Assembly (NCBI RefSeq): GCF_000025945.1
Contig: NC_006138.1
Coordinates: 2,280,001-2,312,000, forward strand
Direction: 5' to 3'
Length of the DNA: 32,000 bases
Origin: Desulfotalea psychrophila LSv54
Lineage (GTDB): Bacteria > Desulfobacterota > Desulfobulbia > Desulfobulbales > Desulfocapsaceae
Under the pieces are notes generated by a model. That model saw only the letters and a list, made by a program, of their open reading frames with translations. It did not search any database and had not been told where the DNA came from. Shown one piece after another: positions 1 through 8,260 of the stretch (positions within the stretch are counted from its first letter, which is position 1; each line of letters begins with the position of its first letter). The position numbers and the translations under genes were made by a program.

Positions 1-573
1 AGAATATTCCGCACCCGCTACGGCAACGCTTTCACCAACGACCAAACTACGAAGAAAAACATTTGGGGAAACATTGTCTACCCAAGCAGTGTTGTATAGC
101 ATTAAAAGCGGAGCAGGGGCGGTAGGAGCCGCTGGATTGTAGTGCGACGCAAGTGAAAACTTACCATAGCCAACAGTTACACCAGCTTTAAGCACGGAAG
201 GGGCACCTATTGTAATTGCGTAGGTGCTTTTGTCGTAACTTATTTTGCAAGCTTCTAACCTGCCGTCGGTTGAATACGCCAGAACAAAGCTACCACTATT
301 TGAGTCCCATTCTAGGGCAACGAAATCAATATCTTCAAACGGTGTGGGGATTTCAAACATTACCTCCCCACGGGCAACTGCGCTAAACACGCCATCTGCC
401 TCTGTCATTTCTACTAAGCTCAGTCGCCCCTTAGCTCCATCCAGATTCCAATAAGATGACTCGTCAGCAAAGTTTAAAATGAAGTTGTTCGCTCTGTCGG
501 TAGCCGTATGGAGTTGTGCTGGAAATATGGCCGAAGGCGATTCTAGCCCCGGATTAACTATTTCTATTGTCAT
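1..573 (-). CDS. hypothetical phage structural-module protein, 3' end cut by window edge
   Basis: Not in the ORF track because it is open at the edge. ATG at 573-571 with AAGG upstream. Hand translation gives MTIEIVNPGLESPSAIFPAQLHTATDRANNF... I checked every in-frame triplet to base 1 and found no stop. Same strand and tight spacing as the head genes. Confidence 0.5.
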   Translation of the reverse strand, partial: MTIEIVNPGLESPSAIFPAQLHTATDRANNFILNFADESSYWNLDGAKGRLSLVEMTEADGVFSAVARGEVMFEIPTPFEDIDFVALEWDSNSGSFVLAYSTDGRLEACKISYDKSTYAITIGAPSVLKAGVTVGYGKFSLASHYNPAAPTAPAPLLMLYNTAWVDNVSPNVFLRSLVVGESVAVAGAEYS

Positions 574-632
574 GATATTTACCTTTTAAAATTATCGTAA
601 AACATATTAATCTATCCCTAACCCCTCGCTAC

Positions 633-1082
633 CTATGCTGGTGGATTATTGACATTCAGAGTCACGATAATACTCTGGCCCATATCAACAGTTACATTTT
701 CAAGCAACAGATCGGCATCGGCCACACCGACAGAACCATCCCATCGAACAGCAACATCGGACGCATCGGTGATTTCGTCTTTATCGTAAAAACGGAACCA
801 AGTTGCCTCACCCGTAGCAACCCAAGTGCCCTTCCATTCTTCTCCTTCGGCAGGGCTAATTACGCCATCTACCGGAGAACCAAAATTGAGACCATTTGTC
901 ACCTCCCCAGGAGTATGCGCCAAACCATCTACTGTGATAATTCCGAGCAGCGTTCCCGCCTCTGCATCATCTGCTGAGGCAGGTTGCGTTCCGCTGTAGA
1001 TATGAAGAACGCCACCGGCAAACCGAGCGGCAAAGGCAATAAGCTCAGCCAAGATCATTCCTTTTGCTTTTTTCACACTCAT
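633..1082 (-). CDS. hypothetical phage structural-module protein
   Basis: 149-aa ORF packed in the minus-strand late operon. No motif recognised. Confidence 0.5.
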   Translation of the reverse strand: MSVKKAKGMILAELIAFAARFAGGVLHIYSGTQPASADDAEAGTLLGIITVDGLAHTPGEVTNGLNFGSPVDGVISPAEGEEWKGTWVATGEATWFRFYDKDEITDASDVAVRWDGSVGVADADLLLENVTVDMGQSIIVTLNVNNPPA

Positions 1083-1100
1083 TATATAATCCCTCTGTTG

Positions 1101-1502
1101 TTACTGGCCTTCATTAAGGGCCAAAATCCCGTTTTCAAAACCGTTACAGTAGAAAACGTTGCTCCCCAGGAGCGTATAGGAAATTCGTGCGCCTTGTGTT
1201 AAAGCAGAACGAATACCCTGTTTAGTTATCCCGTTAGCATTTGTTTGTATGAAAAATAAAGCCGTATCTGCTTCTCTATCTTCTGCAATAAAAAAATTAT
1301 CCCCCAAGGGAAACATCGAATGATAAGCACCCTCAGCCAACTTCTTTACATCTAGGGCAGAAACAATAGCCCCGGTATGGTCTATCTCAATATCACGGCA
1401 ATCTTCTAGTGTTGATTGCCCTTTCGCAATGACTAATCTTGCCGGATCATCGACGTTATTCAGGCCTAAACAATTATTGTATAAAACGATATCATGGGCC
1501 AT
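1101..1502 (-). CDS. hypothetical phage structural-module protein
   Basis: 133-aa ORF, 18 nt from the next gene in the same operon. No motif recognised. Confidence 0.5.
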   Translation of the reverse strand: MAHDIVLYNNCLGLNNVDDPARLVIAKGQSTLEDCRDIEIDHTGAIVSALDVKKLAEGAYHSMFPLGDNFFIAEDREADTALFFIQTNANGITKQGIRSALTQGARISYTLLGSNVFYCNGFENGILALNEGQ

Positions 1503-1520
1503 ATTCTTTCCCCATAACGA

Positions 1521-2198
1521 TTACCATAAGTGATTACGATGTGGGCGATTCTGGCTATTAAGTCTCTGCCTGTTGGCCCTGAGCATATCGCCAAAATAAT
1601 CCTCAAATTTTTCCAGATGAACTGCGGCAACTTGTGGTGCATAGGAATCCAAATCAACATCGGAAAGAGCTAAATAAACAGCCCAATGATGCAACCTGCT
1701 ATGGTGTCTTTCAGAAATAACCGGCTCGCTATCCACATCATTCAGGGACAGCTTTTCGCTTGCAAGTGGCGTTCTGTACCCCTCCAATTCGATAATACCG
1801 CCACCAAAGGGGGGGGGCGGTAGAATAAATATTTTCTTATCGTCTGTGATAAGGAAAGCCGGGTCGCCCACAGCTTGAAGGTCGGGTAAGTTGTTGCGGA
1901 AAGAGAGGTCGCCACGGGAACGAATTTCCAAGTCAGTTCGTTGCCCGGAAGAATTAAGGAAATGGGCGATATCAATTTTATAAAGACTTCCGCTAATGTC
2001 AGCATGCAACTCCCCTTCCCTTAGAACGAGATTACTCAATCCATCAGTATTAGATTCAAAGATAAAATCCCTGCGAAGACAGGCCTCATCTATCGCAGCG
2101 TTAAAAAAGGACACAATGGTATCATCGTCCCAAAGATACGGAGTAACCTTATCACCAGTAACGCGCCTAAACTGAGCGACAAGGTCTGTAGTTTTCAT
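1521..2198 (-). CDS. possible head-tail adaptor / head completion protein
   Basis: 225 aa. The N-terminus (VTPYLWDDDTIVSFFNAAIDEACLRR) resembles the N-terminal helix pattern of phage connector/adaptor proteins. Lies downstream of the capsid module. Recalled pattern only. Confidence 0.35.
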   Translation of the reverse strand: MKTTDLVAQFRRVTGDKVTPYLWDDDTIVSFFNAAIDEACLRRDFIFESNTDGLSNLVLREGELHADISGSLYKIDIAHFLNSSGQRTDLEIRSRGDLSFRNNLPDLQAVGDPAFLITDDKKIFILPPPPFGGGIIELEGYRTPLASEKLSLNDVDSEPVISERHHSRLHHWAVYLALSDVDLDSYAPQVAAVHLEKFEDYFGDMLRANRQRLNSQNRPHRNHLW

Positions 2199-2788
2199 TA
2201 CGCCAACCCAAACTGATTAACAAGATTTCTCGCCAAATCTTTATAGACATCGAGTTTTTCAGTTTTTTCTAGCTCAATTTTATAGTTGGGGAAATTTGCC
2301 AAGATAAAGTCAACAACAGTTTTTTTGCTGGTCATAGAGTCCATCACCATCAACGAATCTTCTACTTCATCTTGCTTTCTTTTCGCTTCCTCAGTTTTCT
2401 TATTCTCGAAGTGGGATTTTCCCACTTTGGGAAAAGTTGCAGAAGCCGTAGCACCTCCTTCGTCAACGACATAAACACTTGTGTGAACGAGCATCTTTGT
2501 GGCTATTGACAGGGGCACCCGCTTTATCTGGTCTTTTTCCCACATGCCAGTGCCAAACAAAGAATCGTTATAAAGCTTTCTTTTCCCCACATAACGGACA
2601 AGAACCATCTCTTTTGATGGTAACCCTGGGATTGTTTTTGTCTCACTCTGCAAGGGCACAATTTTTGTTAGCACCTCTATCACCGCCTCAGTGATAAGCT
2701 CATCTATATTTTCCTCCTGAGCAGAGGAATCAAGCGTGTTAATGATCGCCTGTCGCAGACAATCTCTGTTTTTTGTAGAAATTTTCAT
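2198..2788 (-). CDS. hypothetical phage protein
   Basis: 196-aa ORF. Its stop overlaps the start of the next gene at base 2198, suggesting translational coupling. Confidence 0.5.
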   Translation of the reverse strand: MKISTKNRDCLRQAIINTLDSSAQEENIDELITEAVIEVLTKIVPLQSETKTIPGLPSKEMVLVRYVGKRKLYNDSLFGTGMWEKDQIKRVPLSIATKMLVHTSVYVVDEGGATASATFPKVGKSHFENKKTEEAKRKQDEVEDSLMVMDSMTSKKTVVDFILANFPNYKIELEKTEKLDVYKDLARNLVNQFGLA

Positions 2789-2829
2789 TGGTGGCCCTTG
2801 TTGTTCGAATAATCGTTAAAAGTATGATC

Positions 2830-2863
2830 AAAAAAAAGAGGTAAAAGGTTTCCCCTGCCTCTC
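2830..2863 (-). terminator. rho-independent terminator-like hairpin
   Basis: Minus strand reads GAGAGGCAGGGGAAACCUUUUACCUC followed by U8, directly after the 2890-3363 ORF. Confidence 0.5.
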
Positions 2864-2889
2864 TCCTGAATCAATACCCACAGCTATTT

Positions 2890-3363
2890 TTAGGAAATTC
2901 CCTGAACATAAAATTCAACTTTCCCGTCTGTAGCATGAGCCGCGCCTTTAGCAGTCAAAACCAAATAAGCATTTTTAGGCATTCGTACCGATCCTTTAGC
3001 GACAGTACGACGAATAACTGCGACAGCCGCACTAGAAGCACCGGCAAAGAGATAGGCCAAATCTTGTGGCACCTCGGCAGAATCATCCCCATCGACATAT
3101 TCAAAACCAAGATTAAAAGCGGTCTGGGCAGTACAGGCATTGGTAACAATAGCAACAGCATCAACCAGCTTTGTTCCAGCCTCAATAACACCCAAGATAA
3201 CCTTATCGTTAACGGCAACGGCATTGATAGAATTGCCATTGGCAACGGCTCCGGTAGCATCTACTTCAAACCCATATTTAAGGGCTGTCACATTTCCATA
3301 AGGTGTACCACCAAACCCTGGATCTGGAAGATGGTGGGCATTTTTTATTGTAATAGTAGGCAT
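2890..3363 (-). CDS. hypothetical head-associated protein (possible decoration/cement protein)
   Basis: 157-aa Gly/Ala/Val-rich ORF immediately downstream of the major capsid gene. The call rests on position only. Confidence 0.35.
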   Translation of the reverse strand: MPTITIKNAHHLPDPGFGGTPYGNVTALKYGFEVDATGAVANGNSINAVAVNDKVILGVIEAGTKLVDAVAIVTNACTAQTAFNLGFEYVDGDDSAEVPQDLAYLFAGASSAAVAVIRRTVAKGSVRMPKNAYLVLTAKGAAHATDGKVEFYVQGIS

Positions 3364-3386
3364 AATGTCTCCTTTTATTTTATAGG

Positions 3387-3424
3387 TTCACCCTGCCAGA
3401 AAAGTTTTTATAGAGCAGGGTGAA
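3387..3424. other. perfect 10-bp inverted repeat hairpin just after the capsid stop codon
   Basis: TTCACCCTGC (3387-3396) and GCAGGGTGAA (3415-3424). No U-tract follows on the minus strand, so it is more likely an RNA-stabilising or attenuating hairpin than a full terminator. Confidence 0.5.
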
Positions 3425-3428
3425 ATTT

Positions 3429-4703
3429 TTAGATTTTTACGGCAGTATCAATGGCAATGATACCGTGATCGGTAGGTTGTTTTCCGTCTGCGCCATAATC
3501 AACTTCAAAGCGAATTTTGGATTTACCGTCAATCATTCCTGCCAGAATTTCCAGTTTATCGCCATGATCCAACTCTTTTTCGCTCCAAAAATAGGGCACG
3601 CCTGATTTTTGATGCTTACCAAGTGCCTGGGCAAGAGCCTGACCACCAAGAAGGAGGGCACGATCAACGGCATAACCCGCTGCTGCAAAAGAAGCAGGGA
3701 CGAGATCGGTGGTGGTTTCTGCAGAAGAGTTAATGTTGGCACACCAGTTAATAGGATCACCGGCAAAGAAGCGAATCGGCTTAGGCATCTTGACAATTAA
3801 GATACCGTTCCACAATCCAGCCTCACCTTTAAACAGTGGGTTTCCACCCGCTGTTGAAGCCCTTTGCATAGCGTTAGCCTGTAGGGTACGAAAATTACCG
3901 GAGGCAATAAAAGACGCATACTGTTGGGGAGTTGCTAAACAGACACGAAGAGGATCATCACTCGCCATACTATCACCATGAAATTTAACAGGTGGTGGAG
4001 GCAGGGGCATAGAATCTACCACAGCTCTCAAAGCATCCATTAAACCGAACTGCATAACATCGGTAGTTTCGATGTTAATTTCACCAGCCGTGGCGCTGAC
4101 TTTTTCCAGATAACCACCGTTGGCTATAAAATGACGGTTGCCAGAAGGAGCCCGAACCGGATTAATACAGGTAGCAGTAAAATCAGAATCGGAGGCCAGG
4201 GGAACAACCCATTCAATGTTGTTATGGAACCCACGGGCACCGGCCATGTGTACCAGGGTTAGCTGGTCTTCGAGATTTTCCATATAGCCATACCCCGCTG
4301 CTCGCGCCAGGGTTCGTAGCTGATGCGGAGTACGCTGTTGGGTCATGGTGTCACCAGCATTGATAGGTTTCCGTGTCTGGTTAATACGGAGTTTATCATT
4401 GCTGAAAGTCATGGAAACGCCACGGCCCTCGGCCATATCACCGCCCATAATGGGTTTGCCCCCGATGGGATTGATCAGATCAAAAGTAACCTCATCCCCT
4501 GCACTTTTTTGCAGATCACGGCAACGGACGATGGGCATATCGGTCGAGGTTTGATTACGCAGATTTTTTTCCGCCCCTTTCTGGGTAGGAAACTTGCCCG
4601 CTAGACGATTAAGGTTGGTTTGGCGTTGAGTGGTCGCGGCAAATAAACCGACGGCCTGTTTTGTACATGCTATGGGGTCACCATAGGGTATATTGGTAGG
4701 CAT
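3429..4703 (-). CDS. major capsid protein, N4-gp56-like (HK97 fold) family
   Basis: 424 aa. The N-terminal pattern (...DLQKSAGDEVTFDLINPIGGKPIMGGDMAEGRG...KLRINQTRK...) matches my memory of the N4-gp56 / DUF4043 capsid family. Sits after the scaffold gene. GAGAGG RBS. Confidence 0.8.
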   Translation of the reverse strand: MPTNIPYGDPIACTKQAVGLFAATTQRQTNLNRLAGKFPTQKGAEKNLRNQTSTDMPIVRCRDLQKSAGDEVTFDLINPIGGKPIMGGDMAEGRGVSMTFSNDKLRINQTRKPINAGDTMTQQRTPHQLRTLARAAGYGYMENLEDQLTLVHMAGARGFHNNIEWVVPLASDSDFTATCINPVRAPSGNRHFIANGGYLEKVSATAGEINIETTDVMQFGLMDALRAVVDSMPLPPPPVKFHGDSMASDDPLRVCLATPQQYASFIASGNFRTLQANAMQRASTAGGNPLFKGEAGLWNGILIVKMPKPIRFFAGDPINWCANINSSAETTTDLVPASFAAAGYAVDRALLLGGQALAQALGKHQKSGVPYFWSEKELDHGDKLEILAGMIDGKSKIRFEVDYGADGKQPTDHGIIAIDTAVKI

Positions 4704-4730
4704 ATTCGTACCTCTCTAAATTTTTGGCAC

Positions 4731-4764
4731 AAAAAAAGCCCCTTACTATTTTTAGTGAGGGGCT
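4731..4764 (-). terminator. terminator/attenuator hairpin between scaffold and capsid genes
   Basis: Minus strand reads AGCCCCUCACU-loop-AGUAAGGGGCU followed by U7. Confidence 0.55.
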
Positions 4765-4793
4765 ACTGAATAAAGGCAAAACTGTGGGGCATC

Positions 4794-4826
4794 AAAAAAG
4801 CCCTTAGCTGGAATCAGCTAAAGGCT
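4794..4826 (-). terminator. second hairpin plus U-tract overlapping the scaffold stop codon
   Basis: Minus strand reads AGCCUUUAGCUG-AUUC-CAGCUAAGGGCU followed by U6. Confidence 0.45.
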
Positions 4827-5789
4827 TCGGGATAAATATTCTTCAATATCATCAGGACTCATACTCTCCATGGTGGACATCAGGTTTATGGCATTTGTCT
4901 CATTATCAAGCAGTGACAACTTATCTGCCTGGGTCGATGCCCCTGGCACATCACTTAAACTCTGCATCTCTGCTGGCTTTTTTGCTTCGGCCATGGCCGC
5001 TTGGGCAATTTCTTCTGCTGTTTGCTTTGGTGCTTCTGCCGCTTTTTCAGGGTCACCTTTTTCGGCTGTATCGTCATTTTCAACGGTAAGGGAGTCCTGA
5101 TAACGCGATACAACAAGAGCAATTGCTTCAGGGTCAGCTACCTGCTCCACGGCCCGGACATCGGCAGGTTGTTTGTCAAACCATTCCCAAAAAAGTGGGT
5201 CGTTTTTTGCCTCAAGGTAAAAGGGATTAAACTCCGCCACGGCCTGATCGAACTGACTTTGTTGAGTATTGTTTTCCTCCTGTTCCTGGGCCAGCTGTTT
5301 TTCCTTCATCATCGCCTGAAATCTTTCGGCAATTTCTGGATAATCTTCTGCCAGTTCTACAAGCTCTGCTTCATCAAGCTCAGGCAACTTTGCAGCAGCC
5401 ACCTGCTTGCTTGTTGCTAACTCCGCCTCAAGTGTCTTTACTCTGGCACGCTCACTTTCAAGTTCGGAGAAGGGGATGTGATGCACCCCGTCTTTAGCCA
5501 TAACGACAGTTTCTTGATCAGTCGCATTTTCTTCAGACCTTGCGGGCTCTTTAACCATTGCTGGATCTTCAACGGCTAAAGGGTTTTCGTCAGGTACAGG
5601 ATTGGCTAGCTCTTGATCCGAGGGGCGCGACTCCTCATCCGCTATAACATCGACTGCAGCAGTATCGCCTTCGGGTATCAAACCCGTATCAAGATATTCT
5701 GACATAATCGTGTCGGGAATATTGCCATTTTCATCCCCATACTGCTCCACTAATTCGTCAAAGTTATTACCAGCATTTTCAACACTCAT
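4818..5789 (-). CDS. scaffolding protein
   Basis: 323 aa, strongly acidic, Ala/Glu/Lys-rich and helical or coiled-coil in character. Located between the portal and major capsid genes. Confidence 0.65.
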   Translation of the reverse strand: MSVENAGNNFDELVEQYGDENGNIPDTIMSEYLDTGLIPEGDTAAVDVIADEESRPSDQELANPVPDENPLAVEDPAMVKEPARSEENATDQETVVMAKDGVHHIPFSELESERARVKTLEAELATSKQVAAAKLPELDEAELVELAEDYPEIAERFQAMMKEKQLAQEQEENNTQQSQFDQAVAEFNPFYLEAKNDPLFWEWFDKQPADVRAVEQVADPEAIALVVSRYQDSLTVENDDTAEKGDPEKAAEAPKQTAEEIAQAAMAEAKKPAEMQSLSDVPGASTQADKLSLLDNETNAINLMSTMESMSPDDIEEYLSRSL

Positions 5790-5899
5790 ATCTACACTCC
5801 CTTGCTAGATATCGCCCTAGCTGCGAAATTCAGGAGACAAAAAACCGATCACCACAATTAGTTAGAGGCAAAGGGCAACGCTTCTTGATTTTTTGGCAC

Positions 5900-5936
5900 A
5901 AAAAAACGCCCATATCCATGAAGAGAGAGGGCGTTT
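5900..5936 (-). terminator. terminator-like hairpin after the portal gene
   Basis: Minus strand reads AAACGCCC-loop-GGGCGUUUUUUU. Confidence 0.5.
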
Positions 5937-5959
5937 AAATAATTTTTTACTTAATGACT

Positions 5960-8260
5960 TTAAATAACAGGAGATTCTATCCCTCTGTTCACCTCCTCAT
6001 CGGCTTCTGCCATTGTGTCTAGCTGTTGTGTCTGAGGTTCATGTACCCTGTCTTCCTGTACTCGAGGAGGAAATAGGGGACTGGTGTTCTGGGTAACCCC
6101 GTCCGGTACACTGTTGGGTACGCCGTTGGGTACGCCGTTGGGTACGCCGTTGGGTACGCCGTTGGGTACGCCGTTGGGTACAGTGATGGGACCGGCGATA
6201 TCCACAAGTGGTGGTTCATCTTTGTCCTCTGCCCCAGCGCTATGAAGAATCTGATCGGCAGAGGCCGCCACTCCACTATTTGTGGTGACCTGCAGGCCGG
6301 CTTGGATAGCTGAGTAAATACCTTCAATCCTGTTATTGACTTGTTCGGTAATAATTTTTTCTATCTCGGCCTCGGTCTTGCGTTCTTTCAGCTCAAGCTC
6401 TTTGGTCTTTAGCTCAATCATAAGCTCTGTTTTGGTCTTCTCAATAGCTTGCTTGATCCGCTCCTGCACCTGCTCTTCCGTAATTTTGGATCCATCCCGA
6501 AGTTCAACCATTGCCTCGATAATTGCGTCCTTGTTAGGGATATCAAGAAACTCTGCAAGATAAGGCATAAGGGCTTTTTGGTAATCATCGGGCAGAGATT
6601 TCATAACCTCCTGCAACAGTGTTCTGTTCTGGGCTTTATAAGAGGCCGTGCTTGGGATCTCACACATGGTAACCCGTAGCCTGGTACGTAGTAAATTGTT
6701 GTTAAGTACCGTGACTCCCGTGCCTTTAAAATCAACTGGATCATTCAAGGCGATGATTTTGTTGTGCTGCAGAGGTTCTCGTTTAATCGTGACAATTTCT
6801 CTTTTTGTTCCAATATCTTTAATAATCAAAGAGAGAAGCAGTTCGCCGACCTGTTGCCGAGACCACTTATAATTATCGAAAAATTTTGCAATGGCCTGCA
6901 GGCTATGGTGAACCTCCCCACTTTTTACCTGGCTGATATCAACCCGCATATCAACTGCCGGTTGCTCTAGTGCCTGGGTGGATTGTTGGAAAAACAGAAT
7001 AAGATCTCGTAATCGGGCCTCCTGCTGAGAGTTAATGGCCTCATTATGATTAACCTCAAATTTGGCCCCAAGTTTAGCCATCTCTTTTTGGTTCAGAATA
7101 ATATCAGCATCGGGTCTGCCACACTCTTCTCTAAACTGATCATCCGTCATGGCCACTGCCCCATCCGTTCGTACTGTGCGGGTGGCGGATAAAGCCCATT
7201 GTTGTTTGGCTATGCGAGCATTTACCTCGTCCTGGGGGAAGATGAGATCACGAATCATCCCGTAAGGAATATTGGTTCGATCCTCTCTGATCCCCCAAAA
7301 AGGGACATAGTTAAAACGATCAAATTCACTCTTTTTCTTTCCAAGAAGATGAGGTCCAAGAAAAAAGTAGGTGGTTATTTTTGAAACAAAATGGCTTTCC
7401 AATTTCCGCCCAGCTTTCAGGGCAATAATGTGTTCTGGCCGGTGTAAATTGAACTCCACAACACGATTATCACTCAGCCGCAAAATATAAATATTTACCC
7501 GTTCACGCTTCTGTACCTCAAAGAGACAAACACGATCGTTGTCAGGGGCACGCCACTCCTGTTCATCAACGTCCCATCCTCGCTCAATTTCCCAGGATTG
7601 AAAGAGGTTGATGTTGTCGCTATCGTTTGTAGCAAAGCTCAGTTGGTCAAAACCACCCCATGAGTTCCTTACTTGGTCACAGAGATCTTTTTTGCCGGGG
7701 AACATCGACTTAACCACATTGATATCTGTCCAACGTTTTCGTAGCAGCCAACGGGCATCGGAAAGGTCAGGTTCCTTTGCCAGATGATCCCAAAAAATTT
7801 CTCCCCGGTGCACAGCCAGGCATCTATAGGGGAATTTAAAGGGGTTTGTTTCACGGCTAACCTCAACCCAACCAAGGCCTGCCCCTATTTGTGGTTCAAA
7901 GGCCATTAGGCAGGAAGTATCCATATTACTTCGACGTTCGGCCTGATTGATTTTGTAGTTGAGAGCTTCTGCAATCTCTTCAGTATCTTCCCCTTCAACA
8001 TCGGGTAAAATTTTCAGGTCAGTCTTGTTATTAATCTGAAATCCAATAGCAGCATTGACTAATGGCCCAATCATGTTTTGTGTAGCGGGAGGAATACCCT
8101 TCGCCTCAAGAGCTAAAAGGGTATCAGAATCAAGTTGATTGCCATCCTTATAATCCATGGCCTTATCCGCTTGGATACGCCAGAGTGGTTGTTCTCTGAT
8201 TTCATCTAAAATGCTCGCCAGTAACTCACTCTCAGTACGGCCAGTATTTTTTTCAGTCAT
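5960..8260 (-). CDS. portal protein
   Basis: 766 aa, immediately downstream of TerL (stop and start are adjacent at 8261/8260) and upstream of the scaffold gene. Size and position are typical of portals. The C-terminus has a coiled coil and a (PNGV)n repeat. Confidence 0.75.
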   Translation of the reverse strand: MTEKNTGRTESELLASILDEIREQPLWRIQADKAMDYKDGNQLDSDTLLALEAKGIPPATQNMIGPLVNAAIGFQINNKTDLKILPDVEGEDTEEIAEALNYKINQAERRSNMDTSCLMAFEPQIGAGLGWVEVSRETNPFKFPYRCLAVHRGEIFWDHLAKEPDLSDARWLLRKRWTDINVVKSMFPGKKDLCDQVRNSWGGFDQLSFATNDSDNINLFQSWEIERGWDVDEQEWRAPDNDRVCLFEVQKRERVNIYILRLSDNRVVEFNLHRPEHIIALKAGRKLESHFVSKITTYFFLGPHLLGKKKSEFDRFNYVPFWGIREDRTNIPYGMIRDLIFPQDEVNARIAKQQWALSATRTVRTDGAVAMTDDQFREECGRPDADIILNQKEMAKLGAKFEVNHNEAINSQQEARLRDLILFFQQSTQALEQPAVDMRVDISQVKSGEVHHSLQAIAKFFDNYKWSRQQVGELLLSLIIKDIGTKREIVTIKREPLQHNKIIALNDPVDFKGTGVTVLNNNLLRTRLRVTMCEIPSTASYKAQNRTLLQEVMKSLPDDYQKALMPYLAEFLDIPNKDAIIEAMVELRDGSKITEEQVQERIKQAIEKTKTELMIELKTKELELKERKTEAEIEKIITEQVNNRIEGIYSAIQAGLQVTTNSGVAASADQILHSAGAEDKDEPPLVDIAGPITVPNGVPNGVPNGVPNGVPNGVPNSVPDGVTQNTSPLFPPRVQEDRVHEPQTQQLDTMAEADEEVNRGIESPVI
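6101..6184. repeat. 12-bp in-frame tandem repeat encoding (PNGV)n in the portal C-terminus
   Basis: GTTGGGTACGCC occurs as 5 perfect copies (6113-6172), flanked by one degenerate copy on each side. Confidence 0.95.

Noticed and set aside
2935-3423. Plus-strand ORFs antisense to the late operon (for example 2935-3423, 3709-3981, 4323-4604, 5001-5420, 6336-6563, 9970-10278, 10577-10897, 13137-13541)
   Set aside because: They are shadow ORFs overlapping strongly supported minus-strand genes. Their translations are low in complexity and they lack RBSs.
4726-4740. Sigma54-like TGGCAC-N7-GC motif on the plus strand (a second copy lies near 5894-5909)
   Set aside because: It lies on the strand antisense to the head genes with no plus-strand gene downstream. 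The A-run is simply the complement of a terminator U-tract. The second copy has the GC shifted by one base. The conserved box is reported only as a minus-strand element.
6101-6184. A CRISPR-like repeat array
   Set aside because: The 12-bp units are contiguous with no spacers and are in frame within the portal ORF. No CRISPR array exists elsewhere in the window.
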